Assembly (NCBI RefSeq): GCF_016433145.1
Contig: NC_058135.1
Coordinates: 198,454,857-198,518,856, forward strand
Reading direction: 5' to 3'
Origin: Gracilinanus agilis
Taxonomy: Eukaryota
Length of the DNA stretch: 64,000 nt
The translations under genes were made by a program, and so were the position numbers. Of the stretch, positions 1-14,103 are shown in pieces; position 1 is the first letter of the stretch; every line of letters begins with the position of its first letter. Under the pieces are notes generated by a model. The model saw nothing but the letters and a program-made list of their open reading frames with translations, made no database searches and was not told the DNA's origin.

Positions 1-3000
1 TCCTCTTAGGAGGAAATGTGCCCTCCTAGGTATCAGTACCTAGAGGAAAAACACATTTGTCCTTTATTAGTTATGACTCTTCATAAGACAGTAAAACATC
101 ATACACAGTAAGGTTAACAGTGAGGCAAAATACATTCTAATCAAGATTTAAACTTTGTATAAAATTCAAGTTTAGATAACTTAGAATTGTCCTATCTATG
201 TCACGTACATGAAAGATAAAGAACTTCCCTTGTTCGTTTTAATAGAAATGATAGAAAAATAACATTATTGGGCACATTAGAAGTACAGCAGATTTGTTGA
301 GAAGGAAACTACACTTTCCACCAAAATGTCCTTGAGTATTATTATCTTTTGTGGCTTTTTTCCAGAGAAAGACTCCTCCATGAGTTATCACAGTTATATA
401 GTCTCAAGATGTATAAAGAAATAGAGATTATTCCATCCTAGTTTACTGCCATCAGATATTAAAACATTAGACCTCAGTATTTTATTTACCTAGGTTCCTA
501 CTGATAAAAGATAGCACTGCATAATGAGTATACAAATTCATTTTCAAGAGTAGATCTTGAAAGCTGTTTAAAAAAATGTCTTCTGGCTGCAATACTTGAA
601 TGTACTGTATGCTGGCAGTCAGGAGGGACAATAACACAGATGTGCTTTGTTTGGCTTCTAATGGATTCAGTCCTGAGTAGCATGAAAAAAGCTGCAGCTT
701 AAGTATTTTCCGATGGTTTGGATCTCTCTCTCTCTCCATGTGGTCCAACAGTTTGAAGAATAGTAGGATATGTGTACAGTAGCCTTTCTATTTACAACAG
801 AACATAGTCCTGTTGTATTTTTTTTTATTTTCCAGTTTGAATAGATAGGAGATTAGTTGTTTCCTAGGACATAAGTAATGCTACAGAACATCTTGTCTAT
901 ACAGTTAAAACTTCATTAGTTTGAAACACTAATCCCCCACAGCTCTCAGCAATGAGATATACCACTTCAACCTTTGTGCTCCTTTGAAGGGAAAACTCAA
1001 TAAAGTTTTCACCCAGTTATAAACAAGGAACAAACTCTAAATTTGAAACATTAGTAAGATACAATTTTGAATGTCGTTATTAAATGTGGATAGCATTATA
1101 AATATCTGCAAAGCTGCACTATTCTCAGTGATGATTTTCCATCACATTTTAAACCTAATTCTTCTTACATGGTGCCACAAAATGAACAAAATTAATACTC
1201 ACCCGATTTTAACCCATGTGTCGGGAACATTATCTGGAAGAGTCATGAGATGCCAGCTCTCACACTCCCCACTGGCAGTTATCATGAATGTTTTTATTGT
1301 TGGGCTCCGACCAAGTATCACCAAAAAAAAGCCATCAAATTCAGGATAATAAAATAATATCAACAACATCATCTTTTATTAAATCATGCTGTGCAGGGGA
1401 AATTTGCATATAGATCTAAACACCATGGGAGCCCCATCTTACAGATGTGATTTATTGGATACTACTGGCTGTTCCCATTCAAAAGAAGCATTCAAAATCA
1501 CTGAGATAACCAACAGGACTAATTTTAATGCACATGCCTCAGAAAAAAAAATCTAATCTACTTTCAGCTTGACAAGACATTAATTGTCTGTAACAAGTCT
1601 GAGCTTACAGAGTAAAAAAAATCATGATGACTTCATCCTCTCATGAAGGTATTCTTGTAGAAAGAATGGAAGGTATGGAAGAATAAACAAATGATATATA
1701 GGATATAAAAGCTGAACTCTAATGCAAAGTTAGCACAGAGCTTACATGGTTTAACAATTCATTCTACATTCCACAGGACCATGCACATGTTGTCAGCTGT
1801 ATGCAGGAGAGTCAGGTGGGATTCAAACAAGCCAGGATTGTCTTTTGTGAATCAACTGAGAGCAAGCAAACAAAATAATAAAGCCAAATAACCAAGTTCC
1901 TGAAGTGTTGCTTTTTTTTTTCCTCCAGATCCCATAACAAAAGTAAAGCCAGTGCTATAGCAACCTATGGAAAACATCTTGCTAACAGCAGGTGATAAAG
2001 ATAATTCATGTTGGAAGATAAAATCCTGCCACACTAGGTCCATGGTTACTCATTGTTCACAGACCTCATTCCCTAGGGATGGGTTCTGGGCTAGATGGGG
2101 GATATCTAGAACTGAAGAAATTTATTGGACTGCTCGATTTGGGAGACGTTTTTTCCAACCTCAGGGAAAAAGTATTATTAATGAAACAAACTGAATGGCC
2201 TACTTTAAGATACCTTTTGGCTTTCTCAAAAATGATAGGAGAAAACTGAGGACAACCTAAAATATGGTGTCAATAAAATATTTGAAAGTGTTTCTTGCAA
2301 TGCTGCATTTAAATGCCACTAGGCATTAAAGAACCCTAGGTCATCTCTCTTTTATATATAAAACACAGTTATTGGGCTGTTTGTATAAGATTTTGTATCC
2401 TTTATGTTATTGCTTCTAGGATCAAATAGAAATTCCTCTGCGTGTCTCTTCACAAGCTGACTTCGATTTACCTTTTCCAGATTTATTATATATAACTCCT
2501 TCACAAAATCCATGCTGTAGAAAACCATCCTTCTTATTCTTCCTCACTTACAACATTACATCACTCAGAATTTCCAAGTTTTTTCCTTGGCTATCCATCA
2601 TCCATACTTTGTAATCATCCCTACCTCTTAGAATCTATAGATTTCTTCAAAGGTCACAAGCATCTGCTCCCACCCAAAGCTTGAATCCACTCCTGCCCCA
2701 AATGCTATTGCTTCTCCACTCTCTGAAATTATTTTGGAAATCTTTAGTATGTTATATGTTTAGGCACTTAAAACACCCTTAGTGATTTATTGATGTCTTA
2801 GGCTCCACATTATGTTACCTGTTTTGCTCTGTAATAATGGGGTTGTTAACAAAGTCTACCACAACCTCTACTTACTGGCCCTTGATGTTTTTTGCTTATA
2901 TTTAGAAAAAAATCATGCTTCCAAAGATACAGAAAAAATATTTGTACATTTTAACAACTGATTAGGAAGTGCCAATAATGAATTCAAAATGACAAGATTG

Positions 3001-3039
3001 TAAATTACAATATGTTCAGAATATGCCCTTCAAAACGAT

Positions 3040-3237
3040 ACTCAGCAGAGCAGCTTAGACCTAGAAATTAGTGGTACTGGTTTCAAATATGACATTAGGC
3101 ACTTCCTAGTTCTGTAACCCTGGACAAGTCACTTAACCCCTCACTGCTTAGCCCTTTTGCCTTGGAACCAAAATGCAGTATTCATTTTATTGTTTCTAAG
3201 ATGGAAGGTAAGGGTTGGTTTGTTTGTTTTTTTAAAA
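3040..3237 (+). mobile_element. Marsupial CORE-SINE (opossum SINE1/SINE2_Mdo-like), decayed
   Basis: tRNA-like head (actcagcagag...ggtttcaaat), core ctggacaagtcacttaaccc, 3' end ctaagatggaaggtaagggtt plus T/A tail. Confidence 0.75.
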
Positions 3238-3380
3238 GGATAATCAAGATAAAAAGAAATCCTATCATTTTTTGTTTTGTTTTTGCTAAACCTCTATAGA
3301 TAAACAGGTGCCATTCAGCCATATGAAATAATAATTTCTGCTTAGTTTACTAAACAAATTATAAATCAGCATTCCAGGAA

Positions 3381-3567
3381 TTTTTAAGCCCTTCCCTTTT
3401 GTCTTAGAATGGATGCTAGGCATTAGTTCTGAGGCAGAAGAACAGTAAGGCAATTGGGGTTAAGTGACTTGCCCAGAGTTAAAAGGCTAAGAATCACGTG
3501 AAGCCACATTTGAACCCAGGACTCCCAACTTCAGACTCTCTATCCACTAAGCCCCCTAGCTGCCCCC
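3381..3567 (-). mobile_element. Marsupial CORE-SINE (opossum SINE1/SINE2_Mdo-like)
   Basis: Reverse-strand core ggggttaagtgacttgccc and head atccactaagccccctagctgcccc. Confidence 0.8.
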
Positions 3568-3639
3568 AAATGATGAACTTTTAATAAAGATAGCATTGGC
3601 CTTAAAGTCTTCATACTACTTAGCTAATAAAACTCACTC

Positions 3640-3640
3640 A

Positions 3641-3676
<36 letters not shown>

Positions 3677-3691
3677 TTTTCTCTCTCTCTC
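3640..3691. repeat. (TC)n-rich microsatellite
   Basis: Direct reading: imperfect ctctctct run. Confidence 0.9.
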
Positions 3692-5329
3692 TGCATAAAT
3701 ATGTATACATATCTATCTATCTACTATCTATATTAGGTTAGATGAATAAAACTTGTAAATTCTCCACTTTATGATACAATCTCTCATTTCTTAGGTACAG
3801 AAGAGTTCAATATGTTTGTAAAATATGTACATGCTCAATTGATTCTGATTATTTTTATTTTAAAAAATCAGAAGTAATAAGCACTTGGCATTTCTCCTGG
3901 TGGACTCAGATTGTGTCTACTTCCTGCCAGTTACATCTCCATCTCAGATACTATGCCTATTGTTCTAAATAGTCATCTGATGAATCAGGAATTGTCTGAT
4001 GGCATTGAGTGATTTGGCTCTTTGTGTCAGATACTTTAAATAAGTACTGTCATCAATAAAGAGGATGCATATTAACTGATGTGATATTCTTTTAAAAATA
4101 AAATGATGTATAATTTTATTGTTTAGAAAGCGACAAATTGGTTTTATTTTTAATGGGTTTTTTGGCTCATAAAAATGAAAGATGAAAAGAAATTATTTGT
4201 CTACTTCTTGATTCTTGGTATTTTTTCTTTACTACAATGGATTTATATATATAAATACATATATGCATAGGTATATAATTTAGCATGGCTGAGGAATAGA
4301 AATAGAAATATTAATGACAGATTCAAAAGTCCCCTCTTTTTCAGCGTCTCTTCAAATCTAGATAAAAAGCAACCAAGTTCTTCCTAATCATGAAATTAAT
4401 GACATATGATTAAGTCAAGTGTTAAACCAGTGTAATCACATAATGTGATTTAAAATTTTTAACACATTTTTAGAAATAAAAAATGGTATGCTTAAATAGT
4501 GTACAGTCTATAAAACATTTATTATAGATAGAAAGTATGCTCACTAGTTCATTTTTTACTTCTAGAGACAAGTCTAAAAAAAAGTCAAACTTGGTATATT
4601 TCTGAGTTAACTGTTTTAACAGTAGTACCTAAGGAGTATCGAAAATGCCCTTCCAATGTACCAGTACTTGTGGGTGAAGAACTGCAGAACAGAACACTGA
4701 GCTAGTTCTTTTCTTCAGTGCAGACGCTGCCCTGCAGTGCCATAGTAACTTTGTGATGTATTTTTCAAAAGGCCTTTCAACTCAACCTACCAGGTGGTTT
4801 TAGGAAAGCAATCCATGTCCTGGAACCCCTCTGTCAGCAGATATCAAAGGATACGCAGCTTGCATCCTAATATTGCAACAGTATATTCTGATTTTTTTCT
4901 ATTATCCTATTCTGCATTTTCAATATAAAATCCACTTAAATAGCCTACTTCACCTATTTTAGCATTTTAAATATTCTTCCCTAGCATCATATAATTTCAT
5001 GTTATTAATATAATCTACTTAGAATATCATACATTTTATGCTAAGACAGAGACTTCAGGACCTGTTTAGACAGATGTAGCTATAGTTTAGAACATTTGAT
5101 TAGAATCTAGTACTTAGTAATTTTTTTTAATTTTTGGTTGAATAAGATATAATGTAGTCTGAGTTTCTCAAATGCTTTAGAAATCATGCAGATGATTTTC
5201 TTTAAATAAATCTTTAAAAATTAAGTTCTAGTTTGTTGTTTGTTCTATCATTTGTCTAAGTATATCAGTTGGTCTCAGCTCAAATATTTTTCTTCTTTTA
5301 AGTATCTGAATGTTTGATTGGAGGAAGGG

Positions 5330-5510
5330 CAAGAGTAGGATGTATAAGAAATGTAAAATATCATGAATTTAGTAGATCTTGTTGACTCCAGAATAAGAGC
5401 TCCATATGCTAGAGGGAAAGGAATTAATAGAAGTTCCAGCAAAGTAAGGATGGGGCAGAGAAATGAGGGAGTTAAACTGGACCTGGCCAAGAAATAGAAG
5501 GGTTGAGGGA
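5330..5510 (-). mobile_element. L2 LINE fragment
   Basis: Purine-rich plus strand typical of an antisense L2 ORF2 remnant; explains ORF 5275..5490. Confidence 0.45.
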
Positions 5511-5984
5511 TTTAAATTAATATCAAATATTATTAACAAGAATAAGAGGTTTTGTCACACAAACTTGGTATGTCACAATATTAAAAAAATAATCAACACA
5601 GCCTTGCCTTTGCCAATTCATTTCACTGGGCACTATCTATAGAAAGAATGAAAGTCAATAAAGGATGAGAACCAGATCCAAGAAGAAAAGTCTAAGAGTT
5701 CAAGGGTGTTTCAAAAGGCGAATATCAATTCAAAAAAATTTTTTTTATTATCTGTGAAGGAGAGCCTCTTGGCTACACCCTCATAACCTTCAAAGATCTA
5801 AAATTCATTTCTATCATTGAAATAACTACTAGATAATTTCCATTTATATTTATTGATCACTCACATATTGAATACCTTTTATATTTCCATCATCGTATTC
5901 ATCACTAGGATGTCAAGAAACAGGGAATAATCTAAAAATTTGAGGAACATAAAGCAGGAAAACAAAGAATAGGAAATATACTAT

Positions 5985-7340
5985 AAAGATGCAAGCTTTT
6001 GATTCAAGAACTCATTCTTTGTCAAAACCTGTTTGGAAAACTGGAAGTCAGATTGCATAAACTAGGTACAGACCAACATCTCAGACCACATAGAAAGATA
6101 AAAGTCTAAATGGGTACATGGTCCATATATATAAGGTGATGTCATAAGTAATTTGGGAAGCACGGAGTAGCTTACCTATCATATCTATGGATAAGGGAAG
6201 AATCTATGGCCAAAATAAAGAAATCATTATAGGATATAAAATAGTTAATTTCGATTTAATCTAATTAAGTATTTTTACAAAAAAAAAAACTAAACAAAAA
6301 AAATGAGAAACTGGGAAAATTTTTTACTGAAATTTTTTCTGATAAAGGCCTTATTTCTCCAATATAAAAATGAGTTCAATTTATAAGAATACAAGCCATT
6401 CCCCAGTGAATAAAGGATCAAATTATATGAACAGGTAATTTTAAAAAAGAAGAAATCAAAGCTATCTGTAATTATATAAAATACTTTCAATTACTACTAA
6501 TTAGAGAAATAAAGATTAAAACAACTTTTAGGTACCAACTGAGACATGCCAAATTAGTTAATATCCCAGAAAATAAAATGACAAATTTCCAAGTGAATAT
6601 GGGGAAAAATTGGAACACTAAACTGTGGTTGGTGAAGTTGTGAACTAATCAAACCACTCTGGAGCACAAGATGGAAATATACTTCAAAGTATATAAAACT
6701 GTGCATACTTTTGATCCAGCAACAACATTACTAATTCTGTACCCCAAAGATTATAAAAAAAGGAAAAAGACTTATACATACAAAATTTCTTATAGAAGTT
6801 CTTTTTGTGGTGTCAAAGAATTAGAAATTGATGGGATGCCCATTAATTGAGGAACAGCTGAAAAAGCTGTGGCATATGATCATAATAGAATGCTAATATT
6901 CTATAAGAAATGATAATCAGGGTGCTTTCAGGAAAACCTAGAAAGATATTAACTGATTCAGAGTGAATTGAGTAGAACCAGGAGAACATTGTACACAGTG
7001 ACAGCAAATGATTATCAACTACGAATGTCTCAGTTATTCTCAGCATTACATTGAACTAAGACAATTGCAAAAGATTCATGATGAAAAATGCCATCTACCT
7101 CCAGAGAAAGAATTTATGGAGTTTGAATAAAGACTGAAGAATACTCTTTTTTGCTCTATTTTTTGAACTGTTTTCTTTCACAATATACAAAATATGTTTC
7201 ACATGATTGCACATAATAACCTATATCAAATTACATAACTTCTCAATAAGAGGTGAGGGGGAAAAAGGAAGAAAGGAGAGAATTGGGAACTCAAATTAAA
7301 AAAAATATCAATTTTTTCTTACATATAATTATATAAATAT
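5985..7340 (+). mobile_element. L1 LINE 3' portion (ORF2 C-terminus and 3' UTR), 5'-truncated and decayed
   Basis: Marsupial L1 hallmarks: tttggaaaactggaag, acaagccattcccca, tttgatccagcaa...ctgtaccccaaaga, gagtgaattgagtagaaccaggagaacattgtacacag, A-rich tail. Confidence 0.9.
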
Positions 7341-8136
7341 TTTTAAAATACTCCATTAAGTAAGATATGGACATAAATCTAAAAACCAAAAGATATAAAG
7401 GAATTGGACTACAGAAAGCCTTTCAAGTATGGTTAAGTAGTTAGGATATTATTCAGTGGCCAATAGGAAGCCACTAATGGATCCATGATAATTTCAACAT
7501 TATGATCACCATGGTTATGACAATGATACTTATATAATGATTTAGTGTTTGAAAAACACCTCACATTTGTTATCATATTTGAGCTTTGCAATCATTCTGT
7601 GAAGTTGAAGTAGTTATCAAAGTATATACTGTTATCCCCCTTTTATAAATGAAGAATACAGTGCTCTAAAAGGTCCATAGCTCCAAGAGCTATGCCTATG
7701 GTGACATAGCTATTAAGCATCAGAGATGGATGAAACATTTTAAAACAAAACTGAACAACCTCAAGGTAACATAGAAATAGTGTATAAAAGAATTTATATT
7801 CCCCTAGAGAGAAACAACATCGCTTATAGGTAAATATATAAAATAAAAAACAATGTAATTTCAGGAGCAGAAAATGCCATTTATAATTAAGAGAAATGAT
7901 GAATATGAATACATCTTGAAAAGTGCTATAAAATATTATTAAGATAAGCATAAAAATTTTGGTCCATGGACTCATTTTATTTTTTTAACATCAAATGTCA
8001 GATTCACTGGGTTTTTAGGTAGGATTTACTAATCCATGTTTAAGGATCTAAGCTAAGACATACTGCAACAATTGTTTGCAAAAATATTCATAAGTGTGGG
8101 TTATCTTTTTTTAAAAAAAAATCAAACAGTATCTAA

Positions 8137-8310
8137 GGAGCATCTAGGTATCATAGTGGATAGAGTGCCAGGCCTTAAGCCAGGAGGACCTGTGTTCAAA
8201 TCTGACCTCAAACATCTCTATGACCTGGGCAAGACAAAAATTTGCTTAGTCTTTGGTGCTTTTCAGTCTTAGAATTTATACTAAGATAAAAAATAAAGTA
8301 TGGGTTTAAA
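8137..8310 (+). mobile_element. Marsupial CORE-SINE
   Basis: Head gcatctaggtatcatagtggatagagtgccagg, B-box-like gttcaaatc, core gacctgggcaag. Confidence 0.75.
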
Positions 8311-8705
8311 ATATAGTATGTAGGAGATAACTGAAGATGTATAATTATTATTATGTATTTTATTATTTTAATAACATCTTAATTATAATATTACAACTGA
8401 AATGCCTAAAATACCTTCCTGAAGATGTCTACCTCATTACTTAATTTAGAAAGACTGTTATACCTTTTAGTGTTATACTGTCTCTTTTAGCCTTTTAGAG
8501 GCATTAATCTACTGTACTGATTTCAAAGAGAACTAATTCCAGCCTTAAAGATTTAAATCCAGCTGGTGTAGTTCTTCTGGAATGTCTCATAGAATCTGTA
8601 GGCTATTTAGAATACCAAATTATGCCACACATGGATCCTGAAAGGTAAAATGAATATTACCAGAAATGGACCATTTCTTAGTAAAACAAAGTTACCTAAA
8701 TAAAT

Positions 8706-8890
8706 CGGACTCAAAGAGTATTAGAGCTAGAAGGAACTGGGCAGATCATCCAGTCTGCTCCCTTCGTTTTATTTGTGAGAAAATGGAATAATGGAAAGGG
8801 AGAGTTTTAACAAATTTCACATGGAGTAGATGGCAAAAGTCAGCTTCTAACTCAACTCTTGCTAGTTCAATAGTTTTTCTGGCTAGACCA
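8706..8890 (-). mobile_element. MIR/MIR3 SINE
   Basis: ttagagctagaaggaactgggcagatcatccagtc, the typical antisense MIR3/MIR tail. Confidence 0.6.
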
Positions 8891-9341
8891 TTAATCATAC
8901 CTGCAAAAAATACTGTGCAAACTAATTTAATAACTTGTTTTTGAGCTGACTGATTTGACTAACTAAATATAATGTGCTTTCTACTGTTGCAGCCAATAAA
9001 ATACAAGTCTGTTTTAGAATGCAATACTATTGTACTAGATGGAAGTTTCAAGGAACCATATCTCAGCTCAACATAAGGAAGAACTTCATCTGATATATGA
9101 CAAATACAATTGATTAACCCTCCAAAGATCCATCACTGATCTATTACCTGACATTCCCAAGCAAGGATTGAATATCTACTTGAGGAGGGATTTATACTTC
9201 AAGTAGAGGCTAGATTAGATCACCTCTGAAGTCAATTCTAGGATAATAGAATTCTCTGATACCAGCTTTGTTTCAACAAGTCAATCCAGGCAAATAAGAA
9301 TTTTTGGTTAAGACAAACAACAATTCTTCTACTGAAAGGTA

Positions 9342-9571
9342 TGTTGCTGTTGTTTACTTGTTTTCAGTCATGCATGGCTCTTCTTGACCCCATTTGGAGT
9401 TGTCTTGGTAAAGATACTAGAATAGTTTGTCATTTCCTTCCCCAGCTCATTTTTCTGATGTAGAACAGAGGCAAACTGGGTTAAGTGACTTGACTAGGGT
9501 CACATAGTAAGTATCTGAGACCACATTTGACCTTAGGTCTTCCTAAGTCCAGGGTGGGTGCCATCTAGTTG
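9342..9571 (-). mobile_element. MAR1-type SINE (CORE plus RTE-like 3' end)
   Basis: gttgctgttg...gaccccatttggagttgtcttggtaaagatactagaatagtttgtcatttcc followed by core gggttaagtgacttg. Confidence 0.85.
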
Positions 9572-10876
9572 GTATTGTAGTTGAGTCTCTTTGTAAATAG
9601 TATCAAACCACATAGGCAGAGAAGTCAAAAAATTATTATTTTAATGTAATATTAGGAGTCACAGAGAGAGAGAGAGATCATACCTGAACATATACTACCT
9701 CTTGAGCTTTATTTATGTTCTTAACTATATGCATCTTGTCATACAGCTAGAGGAACAAATGACAGCCAGATTGTAAATGCATGGCAGAAGCATGTAATTT
9801 ACTGCTGCTTCTTTCTTCTTTTTGGTAGGCATAATATGTCACAAAGAAAGAAATTGATGGGCTCATATTGTTCAAATTTTAAATATTGTGACTCTAAATT
9901 TACTATGAAGAGACAGAAGTCTAATTAATATTTTTAGTTATAGTCCCCAAATTTGTAAATTGAAAAAATTTTGAAATGGGAAGAATGATATAGCCTAAAG
10001 AAAGGCCCCAAAGAGAATTTGGAGATTCACGGGATGTTTGCAACATTTTAAAATAATACTTAATAACCTCAAAGTGACAAGGAGCACACTGTCAGCAACA
10101 CATGACAAGAATATAAAGGATGTCCAAAAGTATTAATCCAGTTTTAAGCTTTAGTTTCTTAAACCTTCAGAAAGACTACTTTATGAGAAGCTAGTCTGTA
10201 ATCTTTTAGAGATAGAATAATTACAGCAATTGAATCTATTTGGAGTAGAATAACATTTAAATAACATTCAGTTTTACTTTTTATTGTAGAAACAAGAAAG
10301 TTATACATGTCACAGAAGAGGGGAATTGTACACATCTATCAATGGGATCCAGGTATTCTATCTTCCTGGATATCTCAACTATCTTAGGGCAGTTTCCAGT
10401 TATTCTTTATATATGATTTCTTAAAACATTAAGAAAATTTGGTCACCAGAATGTAGTCCAAAGCAAAAACCTACAAAGAACCAGGGACTCAGAATATATG
10501 CATTGTCAGCCTACAAGAAAGGTAATGCCATAATAAAATCAAATTATTTCAAGGTTCAAAAATTTTGAAAATATCTCAAAATTATCTTTTTCATATCAAG
10601 TTAATTTCAGAGGTAAAAACATAATGTAAGGGAAGCAAAATTTTAGTGGCAGATGGGCTGATTTTAAATGTAATCAATGCCCTTTTCCTTACTGCATTTG
10701 AGAATCCACTCATAAATACAACAGCTCTTTTGAAACCCACACAAGAGAAGTAGTATGGGAACCCCTTAGAAGTTCACAAATTCACTATTTAATAAATATT
10801 TCACTACCCTTCCCCAACAATCTCACTGTTTTCAGTCTGCTATTCATTCTACTGGCCTTAAGACTAATAAATCTTT

Positions 10877-11079
10877 GGGGCAACTGGGTGACTCAGGGGT
10901 TAGAAAGCCAAGCCTAGAGATGGAAGGTCTTGGGTTCAAATCTGACTTCCTACTTTTCCTAGCTATGTGATCCTGGCTAAGTCATTTAACCCTATTGTCT
11001 AGCCCTTGCTATCTGCTATTCTGTCTTGAAAAACAAAACATAGTATTGATTTCAAGATAGAAGGCAGGGGTTAAAAAAA
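10877..11079 (+). mobile_element. Marsupial CORE-SINE (SINE1/SINE2_Mdo-like)
   Basis: ggggcaactgggtgactcag head, gggttcaaatc, core aagtcatttaaccc, tail gggttaaaaaaa. Confidence 0.8.
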
Positions 11080-11399
11080 GAGTGGGCATCCTTATTGCCT
11101 CTATTCTTTGTCTGCAAGATTCTGAAAATTTCTACCTGTCCATGCCACCCATGCTCACTCCTTCTCCTCCACCCCTACAGAGGTCAGAGGTTTTTACATA
11201 AGTTCTTTCTACTCTCATGCTGCTATAGGAACAGAAAGAGGTTGAAATCTTGATGCATCAAATTTTAGAGTATGGTAACCCCTGCTTTATCTCATCTTTA
11301 TATTAAGATGCAATGATATAGGAAGTACAAAGCACCTAAGACTCAATAACTTGAGAGGTGGGAGATATGAATAATAATTCCTATTGCTGAATTATTACT

Positions 11400-11640
11400 C
11401 ATAATAGCCAGAATTTATTTAGTGTTTTAATGTTTGCAAAGGTCTTCCCATACATTATCTCATTTGCCTTTTAAAAATCTTCATTGTAGGTGTTATCATT
11501 ATCCCTATTTGATGAATGAAGAAACTGTGGCTGAGAAATTAAATTACTTGCCCAGAGTCATACAGAAAATAAATATTTGAGCCAAGATTTGAATTTTGGT
11601 CTTTCTGACGCCATATTTAACATGATATCCATTCTATCAC
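11400..11640 (-). mobile_element. MIR SINE
   Basis: gatgaatgaagaaactgtggctgagaaattaaattacttgcccagagtcatacag, antisense MIR core. Confidence 0.7.
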
Positions 11641-12841
11641 TTAAACACCATTCGACTATGCCTTCTAAATCAGAAATGGCATAAATCTAGTAGACCAGAA
11701 CTAAATCACCCAAATGGTAAACCATTCACTGTAGTAGAGTGTGGACAAAGGCCACGATTTATTATACCCCTTTAGACACAATCTTAAACAGAAAGATTAA
11801 AAGAAAATAACTATCCATACACAATTATACCGGCACTTTAGGGATTAGGAATTTGGTACAGAGAGACACAGTAGGATGGGTACAGTGGCTCAGATTTCAG
11901 AGGGCCTCGCAGAGCAACATGGTAGTACACTCCAGTGTTTCCTTTTTTCTGAGTTTTGTGGAATTCCTGTTTAATTACCGGCAAACTCTTCTATATTCTT
12001 AGCCTTTTCCCTGACTAGTTTCTCTATCCCCTCTCTCCTTAATTGAATCTTTGCTTTCCTTAGACAACATCAATTTCCCTTCAGCTCTTTTCAATAGAGC
12101 TTGCCCTTGTCCTAGCTCACTGATTCAAAAGAAGAGGTGTCCCTCCTCCTTTCTTAGGATTACTTCTGACCAATGCTTCTTTTTGCATCTCATTCCCACT
12201 CCTTTAAGACTGTTATATTGATTTCTCCTCTCTCTGAATTCAATAATGAAACCCCTCCTCTTTGGTGGTTCCTTCCTCACTCCTCAGGTAGACAATACAC
12301 TAAACAAACAAAACAAAAACAAAAAATGTTATTTATTCTTCTTTCTTTATAGCTTATTTTCCTGACTTCCCTGTGCTTATTAATATCACTAACATTTTCA
12401 AGTCACCGTGGTTCCTAATTTCAGCATTATCTTTTTGATTCCTACCTCTTTCTTTCAACAGGTCACCGAAGCCCTTGATTTTAAAGCTATTTATCCATCA
12501 CATTAGTATGGGTTACTATTGTAAAAAAGCAACAACAACAATAAACAACAAACAAACCTTGGTGTCCAGCCTTCTGATTATAAGCCTTTCTTAACATATC
12601 TGGATTGGTCATGGATATACAGTCAATTCTTGAACCTATTAACTGATATCTTGGCAGCTCAATAGGATGTGGGAATTTGTATTCTGCTGAACCGACCTTT
12701 GGGAGTTACCTCTGTATTAGGATGAATTACAAAATGTACTCTTCAAACTGCACTAAGATTTTTAGAACATTTTGTATACTATATTTTATTAGCTTAGCTG
12801 GGGACAGGTAGCTAGGTGTCTTAGGGTATACTTAGGGTATT

Positions 12842-12998
12842 GCAAATTACTAAGTTGGAAAAAAGCCCTGCTGTATCCCATTTTCACTTAAATTCCTTCT
12901 GAGGAACTAGTTCTAAAAAGAATATATTTCCACTTAGTTATGCAACCTTAACACTCTATCTTCATGTTTAAATTATATTTATATAAGGAATACAAGAA
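12842..12998 (+). repeat. Copy 1 of a 157-bp local direct duplication
   Basis: Ungapped match to 13947-14103, about 13 mismatches by manual alignment. Confidence 0.9.
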
Positions 12999-13559
12999 TT
13001 AGGAAGATTGAATTTAAATCCTGCCTCAGACATTTAATAACCATATCCCAGTCCCAATCTTTGCCATTATTTTTCCTTGGGAATCCCATTCATAGATGAT
13101 CTGGAACTCACTGTTCTGCAGGAGATATTCTTTAGTCACTAAACTATCACAACTGAAAGCAAGACAGTGAAGATAACCCATATTTAATTTTTAAAGGCCA
13201 CTATTTAATAAGTGCATTCTTATTTAGCAGTAAATTTCAAACAAACAATATGAACTTAGACAACTTGGGAGATATGAGAAGAATGGTGACTTTGATTCTC
13301 TTACATTCAATTATTGGCAAAGCCATATATAAATAATGGCATGGGGGCTTGGATTTTGCCAATTTTTGAGAGGAAAGAAATTTAGAAGTATGGATTTAAT
13401 TGCAAGGTATCTTGGGAAAACATTTTGACATGGAAAAACTATCAATACTCTGTCATTTTGCAAGTCAACTTGGGAAACAAAGAGCTAATCAAGCCACAAA
13501 ATAGATGCTATGGAGGTGAGATCATGGAAGACAGGTCTTAGTTGGAGTCAGCTCAGTAA

Positions 13560-13790
13560 TTCTTTTCAGAGCAATCCATTCTACTTTGAGGCAGCTCTAA
13601 TTGTTAACAAGTTCTTCCTTATATGGAGCTGAAATCTGCTTCTCTCCAACTTCCATTCCTGGCTCCTAGTTTTGCCCTCTGGGGCCAATGAGAACAAGTT
13701 TAATCTCTTTCCTACATGACAGCTTTTCAAATACATGAAGATGATTATCAGGTCACCAGAAGCCTTCTCTTCTTCAAGCTAAAAAAAAAT
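13560..13790 (-). mobile_element. CR1/L3 LINE fragment
   Basis: cagctctaattgttaacaagttcttcc...gaaatctgcttctctccaacttccattcctggctcctagttttgccctctgggg, antisense L3 signature. Confidence 0.75.
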
Positions 13791-13946
13791 CCCCATTTAT
13801 AGTTTGTTGATGTTCAGCTTGCCTTATCTTCTATGAGGCAATGGAACTGAACTAGTTAGTATTAGTAAAAAGAGGAAGGTATGATAACTTATGTACACAT
13901 ATAAATATTATTAGAAAAAGAACAGAAGAAATATAAACAAAGGAAA

Positions 13947-14103
13947 GCAAATTATTAAATTGGAAAAAAGTCCTACAATATCCCATTTTCACTTAAATTT
14001 CCTCTGAGGAGCTAGTTCTAAAAAGAATATATTTCCACTTAGTTATGCAACCTTAATATTCTATCTTCATGTTTAAATTATATTTATGTAAGGAAAACAA
14101 GAA
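13947..14103 (+). repeat. Copy 2 of a 157-bp local direct duplication
   Basis: Ungapped match to 12842-12998. Confidence 0.9.

Noticed and set aside
4791-4866. 76-nt minus-strand exon-like segment
   Set aside because: Purine-rich acceptor context and stops in all frames
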